From Camelus ferus (Eukaryota): a stretch of 64,000 nt of DNA. The notes below the pieces were generated by a model, which saw only the letters and a program-made list of their open reading frames with translations, did not search any database and was not told the origin of the DNA. How positions within the stretch are numbered: the first letter of the stretch is position 1; every line of letters begins with the position of its first letter. Where the stretch lies: contig NC_045696.1 in the NCBI RefSeq assembly GCF_009834535.1, positions 85,872,001-85,936,000 of the forward strand. The letters run 5' to 3'. Shown here in pieces: positions 39,557-52,201 of the stretch. The position numbers and the translations under genes were made by a program.

Positions 39557-40203
39557 TGTGGGTTCATCACCAGTTGTGGGTTCTGACCAGCAGAAGTCCC
39601 ACTGAGATGGAATGAATTACTTAAGACTCTGTGGAAAAGTCAAGAGAACGAGAGGGAGCTGGGAGCCAACTCCTCGAGCCTCTCAAATGCTCCCATATTT
39701 ATTGTATACAGTCAAAGGAGGAATGCAGGAATTTAGGGAAGGACAGGGTGGGATCACAATGGGTACAAAGGCTTTGTTTATTGTTGGTGTTTGGTTCAAG
39801 GTCAGAAGACCCTTTTTGGTGAATCATAATCATGTTGAGCCTTTCAGTTTATCAGGGCAGAACATATAAGAATCAGCTGCTTAACAACATTTTTCTTGGA
39901 CCCAGGCTGCTGTGCCTGTCTTAGATTGCCCCCCTCTGGGGATCTTACCCGTCATTGGCTAACCAGCCTTCTCATCTCTGAGTCTGCAGCTTTTTATAAC
40001 TTGTTTACCATTCCAGCCCAAGGTTGTTTTGGGGATAGAAGACTATCTCACAGCAGGCATGCCCAGCGTTTATAGCTGAGGGCCTGGGTCATTGCTATAA
40101 AACCTCAACTATGCAAACAAGGCGATTACTAAGCATGTCTTCTTTAAGGAGATAAGCGGCAGGGGTCTGTTACAATTTGTTAACCCAATCATGGGCTCCC
40201 ACA
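39557..40203 (-). mobile_element. Solo LTR, probably class II (ERVK/beta-like), 647 bp
   Basis: Perfect terminal inverted repeat TGTGGG...CCCACA. Flanks gtaaag (39551-39556) and gaaaag (40204-40209) form a 6-bp TSD with one mismatch. GC content is raised. Minus-strand TATAAAAA (39991-39998) and AATAAA (39698-39703). Confidence 0.8.
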
Positions 40204-41377
40204 GAAAAGACTGGGGTGATTTGTCTATGCCTTTTGAAGACCATCTAAGTATTAACGTGCATTATGCTATATGATACTAGTATGTAGTCCTATAATGACA
40301 AAAATAAAAGAAAAATATATATGCATTAAAATGGAAAATAGAAATGTTGCTCTCTATATTAAAAATCATTCTTTTCCTATCTGGTTAAACTTTAATGCTT
40401 ACCCTTAGCTTTACTTATCTATAAAATGGCAACAAGAACACCTCCTTCAAATGATTGATTTCTTCTATCTAATTCCTCATACTCTGAAATGTAATATATA
40501 TCTAAGGAATGCTTACTGGAGAAGTTTCCAATGAAATTTTCAAAAACTATAAAGTGCTAAGAAAATGTAAAGTATAATTATCTTTTAACATGTGTCCTTA
40601 ATGTATTGTCCATGATCAAAAATCTTTTAAGTGGAACCGTTAAATAATTAGACCATAAAAAATGAACTTAAAACATCATAACTTTTTACTTCCACACTCA
40701 TTTCTCTGATACACTACATTTTCATTACATTTGATTGGTAAGGGGTATGACAGGAACAATGTCAGTAAAAGGGATTCATCTCATTTCATTACTATCCACT
40801 GCAGACTGACTTCACTACTTGAATGTAGGTTTTCATTCTCATTTCCTTTAATAGCTTTAAGGGCTATCCAGATATCCGTGGGTGAGAAATGAAGTGGACT
40901 GCACTTTTGAACTTTATGAGAGTGTCTAGAATTCCAGATGATTTGTAGATTGTAGGCAGCAAAGCTGTAAAGGCAACTTTCTGCACCAATTAGGAAAGAC
41001 AGATATGCCTTGTTTTTTATCATCTGCGTAGTTAAGTTTGACTTTTACTTGGTGTTCAAACCACTGTAGAGGAAAAGAAACAGATTTTTTTTTAAAGAAC
41101 ATGTTAGTGTTCTTTGAATGCCATTGTTCTCCATAGTCTCAGTATTTTCTCTTTTATCAGTGATTTTTAAAAAGGCAAAGGCTTTCTAAAAGCCCAGAGA
41201 AATTGCACACTGCATAGGTATCATGGAAGTTAAGAGAGATTATATTTCCCTGATAATTTACATATCGCATCTTGGTTGTTCGGAAATAAACTGTCAAAAA
41301 TCATTTTAAAAAAGAAAGTTGCAATGTTTCAAACATTAATTAAGCCTCCTTTTTTGATATTTCATTCCACTTTACAA

Positions 41378-42870
41378 AAAACTTTTTACTTTGAAAATTT
41401 ATCAACCTTAAAGGAAAGATTCAAGATTAGTACAGGTAACTCCCATATATTTATTACATATTTACAAGACCTTACATCCAGATTCACTAATTAAAGAATG
41501 TTTGCTGAAGGCATTTGCCAATGACAGTTTTAAAGACTATAAGATACTAAGAAAATATGAAGTTATTATTTTGCTACTTTTTTCATCATCTATCCTGTAC
41601 GTACATACACACATACATATGTACATATATACATATTACTATTTTTCTATTTATTATTTATTACTATTACTCTATTATTATTTCTCATGAATCATATGAG
41701 AATTGTTGCCTTGATTAAAGGTTGAGCAAAAACATTTCTCACTGGTATGAAAATTTGATCTTTGATGAACTCTCTAACTCTTTTCTTCTGGTTACCTGAT
41801 AAATGTTGAAATGTCAATTGTGTTACTAAATACTTATGGTAAAAAATGACTTCAGATTGGTAAATTGCATGAATACTCGATAGTAAACCATATCTTGGGC
41901 TTCTCAGAATGTGCTGACTCGTGCAACTAGCATACCCTCTGGCCCTGGAAGCACTGCTATGGCATTCTTATTAGACATTGGTGCTATGCAGCCTAGAATT
42001 TTTTGGCTACATCAGTTCCTGCAACCTCCTGATTTGGATCATGCCTCTCTGGCTTTGAGATATTAGACCACAGCAAGAACTCCTGGAGAAGAGTGATGTC
42101 TGACTCCCCTTCTGGCAGGCTGTGATTCCGCCCTGTTCTTTTTTTATTAAAGTGGTGCCAAATGTGGCCATTGAGGTTCTTGTGAGTCTGAATGTCTAGT
42201 TGATCTGAGAGCCTCAGGTTACACATATCACATCCTTTGTTCCTTAAATTTTTCATTGTGTGTTTCCTAAAAACAAGAATATTTTCTTATATAACCACAG
42301 TACACTTAGCAAATTCAGGAAATGTAGAATTAATACAATAGTTTTATATAATTTATGGTCTATATTCCAATTTTTTCTATTGGTCCCATAATTTCCTTTT
42401 TATAATTCTTTCTCCTTGAGTACAAGATTCAGTCCAGTATCATGGGTTGCATTTGGCTGTCATCTTTATTTTTCTTTTATCTGGAACAGTATCTCAGCTT
42501 TTGTCTTTCATGCCATTGAGAGTTTTGAAGAAAGCAGATCAGTTACGTTACAGAATGTCCTTCAAGTTGGGATTGTCTGACTCTTTCTCACAGTTGGATT
42601 TAGTTTACATATCCTCAGTCAGAATATTATAAACATGATGTTGTGTTTTTCTCAGGGTATCACCCTGGAAGCAAGTGATATCCCTCTGCTCTGGATTGGT
42701 GGTGTTAATTTTGATCACCTAGTCAAGTGTTTGTTTATTTTCTTCATTGCTTAGTTACTACTTTTTTTCTTGCAAGTGATAAGCAATCTGTAGGGAGGTA
42801 CTAGGAGACCATACAGACTCCCTGGTATCTATGATACTCTCCCCCTCCGAGGTTTAGCACCTACTGATTA
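41378..42870 (-). mobile_element. L1MC4/5-like 3' UTR, interrupted by an insert (~41702-42205)
   Basis: 'ttttactttgaaaattt...ccagattcactaatt' then 'gtgtgtttcctaaaaacaagaatattttcttatataaccacagtacac...ttgcatttggctgtcat...gttaattttgatcacctagtcaag'. Confidence 0.8.
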
Positions 42871-42920
42871 TGTTGCTCAAATTTACTAAAAACTATTCCC
42901 TCTAAACATCTGTCTATCTG

Positions 42921-42960
42921 TATGTATGTATGTATGTATGTATGTATGTATGTATGTATG
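42921..42960 (+). repeat. (TATG)10 microsatellite
   Basis: Perfect run read directly. Confidence 0.95.
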
Positions 42961-42983
42961 TATCTGTATCTCTAAATATCTTT

Positions 42984-43120
42984 TGTGGACTGAATTATAT
43001 TTCCCCTGTATTCATATGTTCTAACCCCCAGTGTGATTGTATTTAGAGACAGTACCTTTAAAGTGATAATTAAGGTTAAATAACCCCTCCCAAGGGTGAG
43101 GTTCTAATCCAATAGATCTG
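42984..43120 (+). mobile_element. MLT1A/B-like MaLR LTR 5' fragment
   Basis: 'tgtggactgaatt...attcatatgttctaacccccagtgtgattgtatttagagacag...aattaaggttaaat...ctaatccaatag'. Confidence 0.8.
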
Positions 43121-44579
43121 CTAAAAGACACATAGAAATTGCACATACAGAGATGGAGTAAAATGTTTGCTATTAGTAACCTAAAAAATTCAAAATGAAA
43201 AATTCAAAATTTTAAAGACAGAGAGAATAATGGGGGGGGGGGGGGTAGAAAGCAAGTACTGTGCATTCAGAGGCTTAAATCTGCAAAGACACAGGGAGAT
43301 CCAAGGCAGGCTGTTGCCTGTTTCAGTGTTGTCTGTCTTCTGCTGCCTATCATATTGTTTTTAAATAAATATAACATTTTTGTGATAGCTGAATTATATG
43401 ATGTAGCTTTCTAGCCAAAACCTTTAATGGTTTTGCTGGCACTGGAAAACTTGCTAATGTAGCATTTTCCAAACTTTTTCACTTTCAAATTTCTTTTGTC
43501 ATGCATATACAAAATGATCATATTTATATGTCACACTGTAGCAAGCTGATGAGATTACCCTGGGCTGGTAGTGGCTGTATCGGGAGAAACGGCCATTTCA
43601 GGACCTGCTTGGCTTATCTGGTGAAATCAGCCTCCCAGGTCTACAAATTGCTCTTTCTTCTTTAGGAAAAAAATAAATTTACTTTCATTCACTTGGAATT
43701 AGGTAATTTTCAGTTTCACTGTTATTTTTTAAGAGAAATTTTCTTTATTTTCTAATGATATCTTTATGGGAAATAACTGGACACTTCTTCAGGGGAGAAA
43801 CCATCTCTGCATCATCTTAGTACATAGATCCTATCAGGTTGCCTTGAACTTAATATATACTCAGTGAGTATATGCTGAATGAATTCATGATTAACTCTCT
43901 CTTGGAATCCTGTACATAAAAATATCACACACATAAAGTCCTTGCATAATTTCTACCTCATCTCTGTCAAGAAGTAAAAGAAAAATTCCACTGCATATAT
44001 TTGTTCAAATATAAGGATATTTTATTTTATCCTGGGCCTTTCAACTAGCATACCCAATATAGTGATAGCATATATGCATCTCTAATTATCTTTTAAATTA
44101 TTTTCACAGCTCTAAATGATGCCTTCACATAATAAGTACTCAGTACATCTTTGTTGACACATTGAAACAAATCTGATCTTAATTGTTAATGTCTAATAAA
44201 AATGAGGTTCATGATCTTTCTAATATGAGCCTAGAGGGGACTTTTTAGTATTCAGATCATCAGTAGGCAGCTTGAGTCAATTAAAAAATATCTTTCATAA
44301 TCTGCAAAGAGGTTAAAATTCACTCAACTCTGGAAAGTCATTAATAAATCAAAAACATATTTGAGATTCTGTATCCTCTGACACAAACCGATGGCAAATT
44401 TAATTATATTCATACATTTATATTAAGCACATAGTATGTGCAAAGCTCTCATTTCTACAGTATGGAGATTCTAACAGTTAAAAAACATGATATTTCTAAC
44501 AATGATAATTTAGTATTTGAAAATTTAGTATTGGCCAAATATTTAGTAAGAATTATCTGTATTGGTCTGCTAAACAATT

Positions 44580-44760
44580 ATATTCACTTATTTATTCAAT
44601 TATTTATTATGCAAATATTTTTTGAGTATCACCATGTATCAGACACTATTCTAGGTTTTGGAGATACAAGAGAAAATAAAACAGATTCAGTCCTTACTTC
44701 TGTGGAAGTGACACTTTTGTAACAAAGACAATAAATAAATAAAATAGGGAAATTATACAA
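44580..44760 (-). mobile_element. L2 3' end
   Basis: 'caaatattttttgagtatcaccatgtatcagacactattctaggttttggagatacaagagaaaataaaacaga'. Confidence 0.8.
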
Positions 44761-44769
44761 TATATCCAT

Positions 44770-45200
44770 ATGGTCAGCTTTATCTGTTAAGTTATGCTGT
44801 GATAATCAACAATTCTGAAGTTACTGTGCCTCATGCTGACTGGGGACAGATGTGGTTCTACACTAGCTATGACTTTGCTCTGTGTATTTATTTATTTTGG
44901 AATTGAAGCTAAGGGACCAACCCCAGTCTGGGACAAAGCATTCTAATGGCAGGCTCAAAAGTGCAAGTGACTGAACCATATCATAAGGTGATATGTAAAA
45001 CCTTTGCTCTAACCAGAATATCATCAATTCTGTTTTTGTTTCATTGGTCAAACAAGTCATATAGTGAAGTGTGATTTCAATGAAGCAGGCAAGTTTATTC
45101 CTCCCATAGGATGGTACTTCAAATCACACAGCAGCTGGCAGTGATGTATAATCTTCTTACATGGAATAAGAGTGAATACTTGGAAAAAATAATTCATCTC
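44770..45200 (-). mobile_element. MLT1 (H/J-like) LTR nested in L2
   Basis: 'tggtcagctttatctg...atgctgtgataatcaac...tcattggtcaaacaagtcatatag...ttggaaaaaataatt'. L2-like purine-rich sequence resumes after ~45200. Confidence 0.6.
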
Positions 45201-45589
45201 TGCTAGGGTGTAGGAGGAACTTGTGCCAGGATGGAGGAGGAGTTCTATTGTTATATGTGGTTAGCCAGGAAGCCGTCAGTGGTAGGTAATATAGGAGAAG
45301 GAAGCAGAAAAGGTAAAAAGATTGAGATATGTCAGTGCTTTCATTAAATATATTCCAGGCAAATGAAGAGCAGAGCCCAAATGACTAGAGGAGAATGAAT
45401 GAGGAGGAAAAACAGTAGGTGGTGAGGCCAGAGAAGGGGAAGGGTATTTAGTTGAAGTAAATGCTTTAAAACTGGATAACTGGATACTGTAGAGGAACAA
45501 GGATGGAACCATGGAGGCATGTTAGGAGACTTTTTCAACTATTTGAATGGGAGATCAAGAAGGTTTAGGATGGAGTACAGGTATATTGG

Positions 45590-46470
45590 TTTCTACATTT
45601 AAAAATCAATTAATGTAATCCACCGTATCAACAGGCTAAAAAAAAGTTATGCAATCGTATCAGTAGATGCAGAAAAAGTTTCTAACCAACACCCATACAT
45701 GATAAGAACTCTCAGTAAACTAGAAATAAGAGAAAGTTCCTCATCTTGATAAAGAGTATCTACCAAAAACCTGAAGCTAACATCAGCACGTAATGATGAG
45801 AAACTTGAAGCTTTCCAGTAAGATCAGGCACAAGGCAAGGATGTCCCCTTTTATAACTCTTTTTCAACATTGCAATGGAAGTTCTAACTAAAGCAATAAG
45901 ACAAGAAAAGGAAATAAAAAATTCTTAGATTGTGAAGGAAGAAATAGAACTGTTTTAGTTTATAGAAGATAGTATAAGCTATGTAAAAAATCTGAAAAAC
46001 TCCTGAAACAAAACTCCTGGAACTAACTACTCAGAATTTGAAAGGAATTGACTACTGACATAGCAACAACATGGATGGATCTCAAAAATAGTTTTTTTGA
46101 AATTTGTATCTCAAAATAATTTTTAAAATACTAATTATTTTATACTAAGTCCAAAAACTCAGACAAAATAATAAATATTATATACATTCCTTTTTACAAC
46201 ATTCTAGAAGATGAAAACAAGTCTATAGTAACAAAAATCAAACCATTGTTTGCCTGGAGACCAGATGAGGGTGTAGGGAGTGGCAGGAAGTTAGCTTTAA
46301 AAAGGAGACTTAGGGACTTTTAGGAGATGATGAATATACACATTATCTTCATTTTGGTGGTTTCATGTGTATAGACATTTATTAAAATGTATTGAATTAC
46401 ATACTTTAACATATGCAATTTATTTTCAGTTTTATCTATATAGAGCTATACTTTTTAAATTAAAATTGCC
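45590..46470 (+). mobile_element. L1 ORF2 RT fragment joined to an old L1 3' UTR
   Basis: 'aatcaattaatgtaatccaccgtatcaacagg...gatcaggcacaaggcaaggatgtcccct...aaaactcctggaactaa' then 'gcaacaacatggatggatctcaaaa...atatgcaatttatt'. Confidence 0.85.
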
Positions 46471-49189
46471 TTTAAAAAGAAACAGAAATGATTTATTTTT
46501 ATCACAGCTAAGTATTTCATTTTAAAGTTGTATTGTTTAAAATGTTAACATTTTCACCAAAATAGCTTATATAGATCTTTATTCCATAGGCCTTAATCTC
46601 TTACTATAAATAATATATTTGATAGCTAACTAATAGTTCATCCACATCAAATCTCTGGGTATAATATTATCTTTAGACAAAATTATTTTAATGTTCAGTG
46701 ACTATTCATCAAGTTAAACTTGCTGCTCTCTCTGTCTTCATGTCCTAGGTCCGTTACTGAACTTTTGCTTGTTCTGAGGTATGCACTCTGCCCTACATTT
46801 CAGCTTTAGATAATTGAATGCTTCTTTATTTACTAAATTCAGATCATTATTTGCATATTGTGCTCTCTTACCTCTAATTTGTATCCAGAGGATTTGGAAC
46901 CAAGTGTCTAAGCTCAGACCCTGTAGCACAGGATCTCTCCTGCTGCCTGACTGTTGAGTCTTTGCTTCTTGGCTGCTCCTACACTGTCTGTTGCTGGACT
47001 CCATTAAGTCTTTTGTCCTGTATTGCCAGCCATTCCTTATGCATATGGTCTGGAATCCCCCCTGTTATCTGGTACTATCCTTTCTAGATATCACTGTGTG
47101 TCTACCTTTCAGTTACTAAAAGTGACTTATGTTACCAGTAACATATGCTACCCACAGGAAATGTGGGCTTCAAAGTCTCAAAGACTTTTCAGTTGCCCAA
47201 TTTCATTCATGTTTGCCACCTCATGTCACAAGAGATAGCATAGACCTAATAACAAATGTACTGAAAAGGTCTCATAAATGAGTCAAAATAATGTGAAAAT
47301 AGATCAAAAGAACATGTTTATCAATAGCTTTATTAGGTTTCTCATCCTTAAGCTTGAGGAAAAAAGCAATGGAAATTATGAAAAACATAATTAGATCAGT
47401 ATTTGGGAAGTTTTATTTGTATTCCATAATGGAAAAGTAGTACTTGCCTTCTGTAAATACATAGTACAATTTCAAGAACTCATCCTTCATTTTTTCAAAT
47501 CTAAGTTAAGGCAATGATGCCCTAAAGAAACTGATAAAATATAAATTCCCTGTGGAAACAGTGTGACCAAGAAGCAGATTTTTAGTCTGAATTTCCTTTA
47601 GGCATTATTTTCTTAATTTAGACTTAGAATAATGAAGGGTGATTTGCAAATTGATTATGTAGGGTTCTTGTTTTAACATGAGCATTTCAAAAGTTTCAAA
47701 TGACACCTGCATAGTCAGCACACGTTTCGATAAATACTATGGTATGCTGTAGGTCTGAATAAATATGGTATTATGAGATTCTAGATTCTATCATATTCCT
47801 TTGAAATATGTTGATGTAGTTTCCTTGGTTTGTTTTGTTTGTTTTAGAAAGCAATTAGCGAGGTTGGATTCAAACTGCAAGTCTCGTGAGAAGGCCAAAT
47901 CTTCCTCCCCTTCTTTTTAATAGTCTCTTATGTGAAATTTCACTTATTGTAGTAAACTCAGTGCCTCTGCTTATAATTTTACAATGAAGAATATAACATA
48001 TCTAGGAAAACTTATGAAGCATACTGTACCACTCTCAAGGAAGCAAGGTGTTCCATTAAATTTGAGAGGCAACATGACACACAGTGCAGGTTATATTCAG
48101 ACTATATATATATATATTTGTCAAAATGAATCAAGATTCATTATTCTTTTAAACTGTATGATGCCAAATCACTTGATGTAATCTGACATTGGCAACAGCA
48201 AGCTTTACCTCCATTCAGTTCAGAAATGTCTCTTGTACTTTCATTTCCCAAGTAATTGCTCTCTTCACAATTCGGATAAATAGGAATACAACAGTTTCTA
48301 TTACTGAGTAATCAGAAAGGAGATGGACATGAAAGAAACTATTCTTGGATTTCAAAACTAATAGCTCCATCATAAAATAAATCTTATGCCAGAAATAATG
48401 TGGAGAGTAGAAGTACATGTGTGGGGAGATAGTTTTACAAATTCATTTAATATTTCTTATTGAATATTAACTTAATAATAGTCATTTAATAAGAAGAGAT
48501 AATAATATTTAAAGAAACAAATAAAAGAACAACTTTAATGCTGTTGTGTCTTGATTTTCCACCAAGGCACTTGAGAGTAGAGTTTTTTAAGTGCTATTTA
48601 CCTATGAAACCTTCTTCATTCCCTTTGAAATCTGCATTTCTGTGAGATAGTATTATTCTTTAACCAAAATAAGCTTTATATAATCGATTGATTTACCCAA
48701 GTGTTCACTTCATTTGTAGCACTCATATGCATTCACAGTAATAGATCAGTGTATAATGATAAAGATGAAATTTTCGCTGACAATATTTTTTGTAAGAAAA
48801 CACAAGTGAGTCAGTCAGGACTATATTCTAAATTTGAAAACCTCATTTCAGAATGTCACAGATAATTTTTTATAGTTACTAGTTCTACCAGAACTTGTTC
48901 CCCCATGAAAATAAATTCACCTAAAATATATAAACTCAACTTTCAGATAAAATGAACACACTCAGGAAAGTCTAGCTTATAGACCTGGGAGAATACAAAG
49001 AGTCCCTATTCAAATCTACTTCCTGAAGGTAAGCCTCCTAATCTGTTGTATGACTCGTTGTATAGATCTCTGGAGTTTTGTTGTCACTACAGGATAATTA
49101 TGGCTTGAAAATTCACGATGACAAATTGGTGTCTCAGCATGTAGAAGACAAGAGGCTTCTGTGATAATAAGTTCTTCTCTAACTCAAAG

Positions 49190-49831
49190 TGTTACTGGTG
49201 ATTAGGTTCTTGTCTCTTCACAGTAAGAATTCAGAGACAAGACACAGAGGTTGAGAAAGTAAAGTGAGGATTTATTAAGTGTTAGATAGAACACTCTCGA
49301 GGGGAGAGTGGGCAGGCTCAGGTGAGCAGCTTTTCTGAGTTTCTTTGGCAAGTTGGTTACATAGGGTGTAAAAATGAATGGGCAGAATATTCATTGGGGA
49401 GGGAAGGGTTTGAGGGTCCTATTCCCTGATTTTCATCCCAGCTCCACCTTCCGGAGGGGAGGAAGGATTTTTGTCCTTATTTAGTCTGGATTGGAAGTGT
49501 CATGGCGTCGGTGCATGATGTATCCTAATCTGCAAGGCTAATTTTACTGAAATGAGGGCATAGTGAGCAAAAGGTTACATTAGGACATGGAGATTCCTGC
49601 CTTTTCCCACCTTTCTTTGTCAGCCTCCAGGCCTCTTGTCACCCCAACATGTATGATATCTTATCAGTCCTGAGGTTCCTGCTTTTCTGTGTCTGTGCAA
49701 GGACCCTTGTTGTTTAGATGATGTATGGTTTCCTGCATTTGACCTATGCCCCTTCTTTTTGGTCCAATTCTTGCCATTTGGCCTGCTTCACCCTTTCTCT
49801 GCTCATATCTCGCTATCTGCTTGCTTGAACA
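49190..49831 (-). mobile_element. Solo LTR, probably class I (ERV1), 642 bp
   Basis: TGTT...AACA termini. Exact 4-bp TSD 'aaag' (49186-49189 and 49832-49835). Minus-strand AATAAA at 49271-49276, about 80 nt from the 3' end. GC-rich relative to the flanks. Confidence 0.85.
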
Positions 49832-50128
49832 AAAGTATACGTAGTTCCAAACGTTTTAGTAAAGTTAGAAAATGTAAAATCTGTCAAATAGTTTCGTAGT
49901 GGGATTTGCATAAGTCCTTTCCTCTGCTGTGCAATTTAAGACAAAATAGAGTTTAAGAAATAATCTCTAATAAATTAAGTGCTGTGCAATAGATCATTTT
50001 ATAATTCAAAATAAAAATGCAACCAAACTATCCTATTTGGGGATTTTATAAAGCCTTGTTGTTACTTAATCATTAAGATATATATCACTGAGTATACTTC
50101 CACTCATTACTTATTGTGTCAGGATAAT

Positions 50129-50737
50129 TGTGCAGCAAAGGATTAACCTTGATCAAAGAGAAGTTTAGCCTTTGCCCTTGGCTTCTAGGAGGTAATTTCC
50201 TGCCTGATAAGGGTGTCTTTGTTTACCTGGTGACCTCTGTCCCCTAGTAGTCTATGTTAACAATGTGATTTATGGTGGGGGACCCTGGATGACTCAGGAT
50301 CAACTCAATCTCTACAAGGGTTTAAGACTAAGGGTCAGCCATGGGGGTGCTCAACAGTGTCTATATGATTGAGCCCCAATAAAAATTCTATACACAAAGA
50401 TTCAGTTGAGTTTTCCTAGTTGGCAATACTACATGCATATTGTCACACATCATTGCTGGGAGAAATAGGTGCTGTTTGCACTACTCCACTGGGAGAGGAC
50501 AACTGAAAACTCCGTAGTTTCATTTCCCCTGGATGCTGCCCCAGGGACTCTTTTCCTCTGCTATTTTAATCCATATCCTTTCTCTATAATAAGCCCTAAC
50601 AGTGAGTTAAACAACTTTTCTGAGTTCTGTGAGTCTTTCTAGCACATCATTGAACTTAAAAGTGGTTTGAGGGGCCCTAAAACTTGTAGTTGTTGTCAGA
50701 GGTGAGAATGGTCTTGAGATTCCCAAATTTTATACCA
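50129..50737 (+). mobile_element. MER21-family LTR
   Basis: 'gcctttgcccttggcttctaggaggtaa...cctgcctgataagggtgtctttgtttacctgg...ttggcaatact...tgtcacacatcattgctgggaga...tgagttctgtgagtctttctagc'. Confidence 0.85.
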
Positions 50738-50769
50738 TCAGAAGTCACTTTATCAGCTTAACTTCATCA

Positions 50770-51000
50770 AATCTTGGATTCAATCCACTTGCTAGAAACA
50801 GTTATTACCTTGCCTCCTTTTGGGGGGTTAAGAGGCGGGAAAGAAGCCACTTAATCTATATCAATCTGTTTTCTCATCTATGTAATGAGAATAAAAATAT
50901 CAATCACATAAAATATTTGTGACAATTAAGTTTTTATAAATATGTAAATGTCCTATCAAATAAGCCTGGCATGTGGTAGGGACTCCATAAATGCTAGAAT
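50770..51000 (+). mobile_element. MIR SINE
   Basis: 'cacttaatctatatcaatctgttttctcatctatgtaatgagaataaaaata...gcctggcatgtggtagggactccataaatgctag'. Confidence 0.7.
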
Positions 51001-52201
51001 CTAGTTCTCCTTTCTGACCAAAATAATGTATACCATATAATTTATTGAACTTTATAATCAATTCACTTTGATTTGTACAAAAAATTATTTTTCTTTGTCT
51101 AACACTATATATTTGTATTCATTTTACCTAAAGAATTTTGTCATTGAAGTTGAAGATGAATGTGTGTGTGTACTAAATTTTATAGAAACACAACTAAAAC
51201 ACTTTGGTTGTTATGAATATTCCATGTTCATGACTTTGTGGTGAGACTATGTGTGTCTGCATAACACCATTCTGTTGATCTTTCTTTTGAAAGGCTTTAA
51301 AATTATGTAAAGTAAAAAATATATCTAGCTCTTTGCAGTTCTGAGACCTGCCAGGATTATGCTGGGAGTTATTTACAGAAGATCTATTTGCTCTTTTGGG
51401 AATACATAGCACAAGTTTTCCTTATTGTTCTGGACACCTAACCCACTAAAACCATTCGTTTTCTCTGAGGACAGAAGTAAATAGCACAATTTGTTCTCAA
51501 AGACGACTAGCTGTTTCTGAAATGTGAGGAAGCTCATGGTAAATGGGCAGAATGTTAGAAATAAATAAGAAAAATGAGGCAGCAGAAATAAATCTTTTAT
51601 GATGTCTTCTCTCATTCATTTATATGGAAGCAGTCTTTTGCCACAGCTACAGGTGACAAAGAAACAACAGAGACTGCTAGTTTGAAATATTCCTGAGAAA
51701 ATAACTTTAGCATCAAAGTAATTTCATCAGCAGCCACAAAAGGCACTTATGTAAACCTTTTTAAAAAGTGCAAACTAAAGATTGATTTATAGAGAACAGT
51801 GATTTATTTGCTTCCAATCCTGGGAATGTTATTTTATTATTATTGAATTTAATTTGTATGATTCTCTCTTTTTTTTTTTTTTTTTTTTTTGGCAATAAGC
51901 ATTATTTAATTCAGACATCAAAGATGAAGGAAAGAAATACTGGAATTTCCAAAAATGCTATACTGGTTTTCTCCAACTGAAGATATAGCCACTTACAAGC
52001 TGTAGCTTTATTATTTGATAGCCAACAGGTATTTTTATCATAATTTTCCCAAGAAATACTTTTTCTCACTCAAAGTGATTGGAGCAAGATAAATTGTCTT
52101 ACCTTCTGAATGATAAAACAGTAAGGCAAACAACAGCCATAAGAGCTTGAGACAGAGGGGGAGAACTAGGATGAGTCAAGACTAGCTTCAACTAAAGAGA
52201 T

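Noticed and set aside
48949..49035. Plus-strand exon-like block ending AAG|GTAAGC
   Set aside because: Weak acceptors, stops in most frames and no supporting neighbours.
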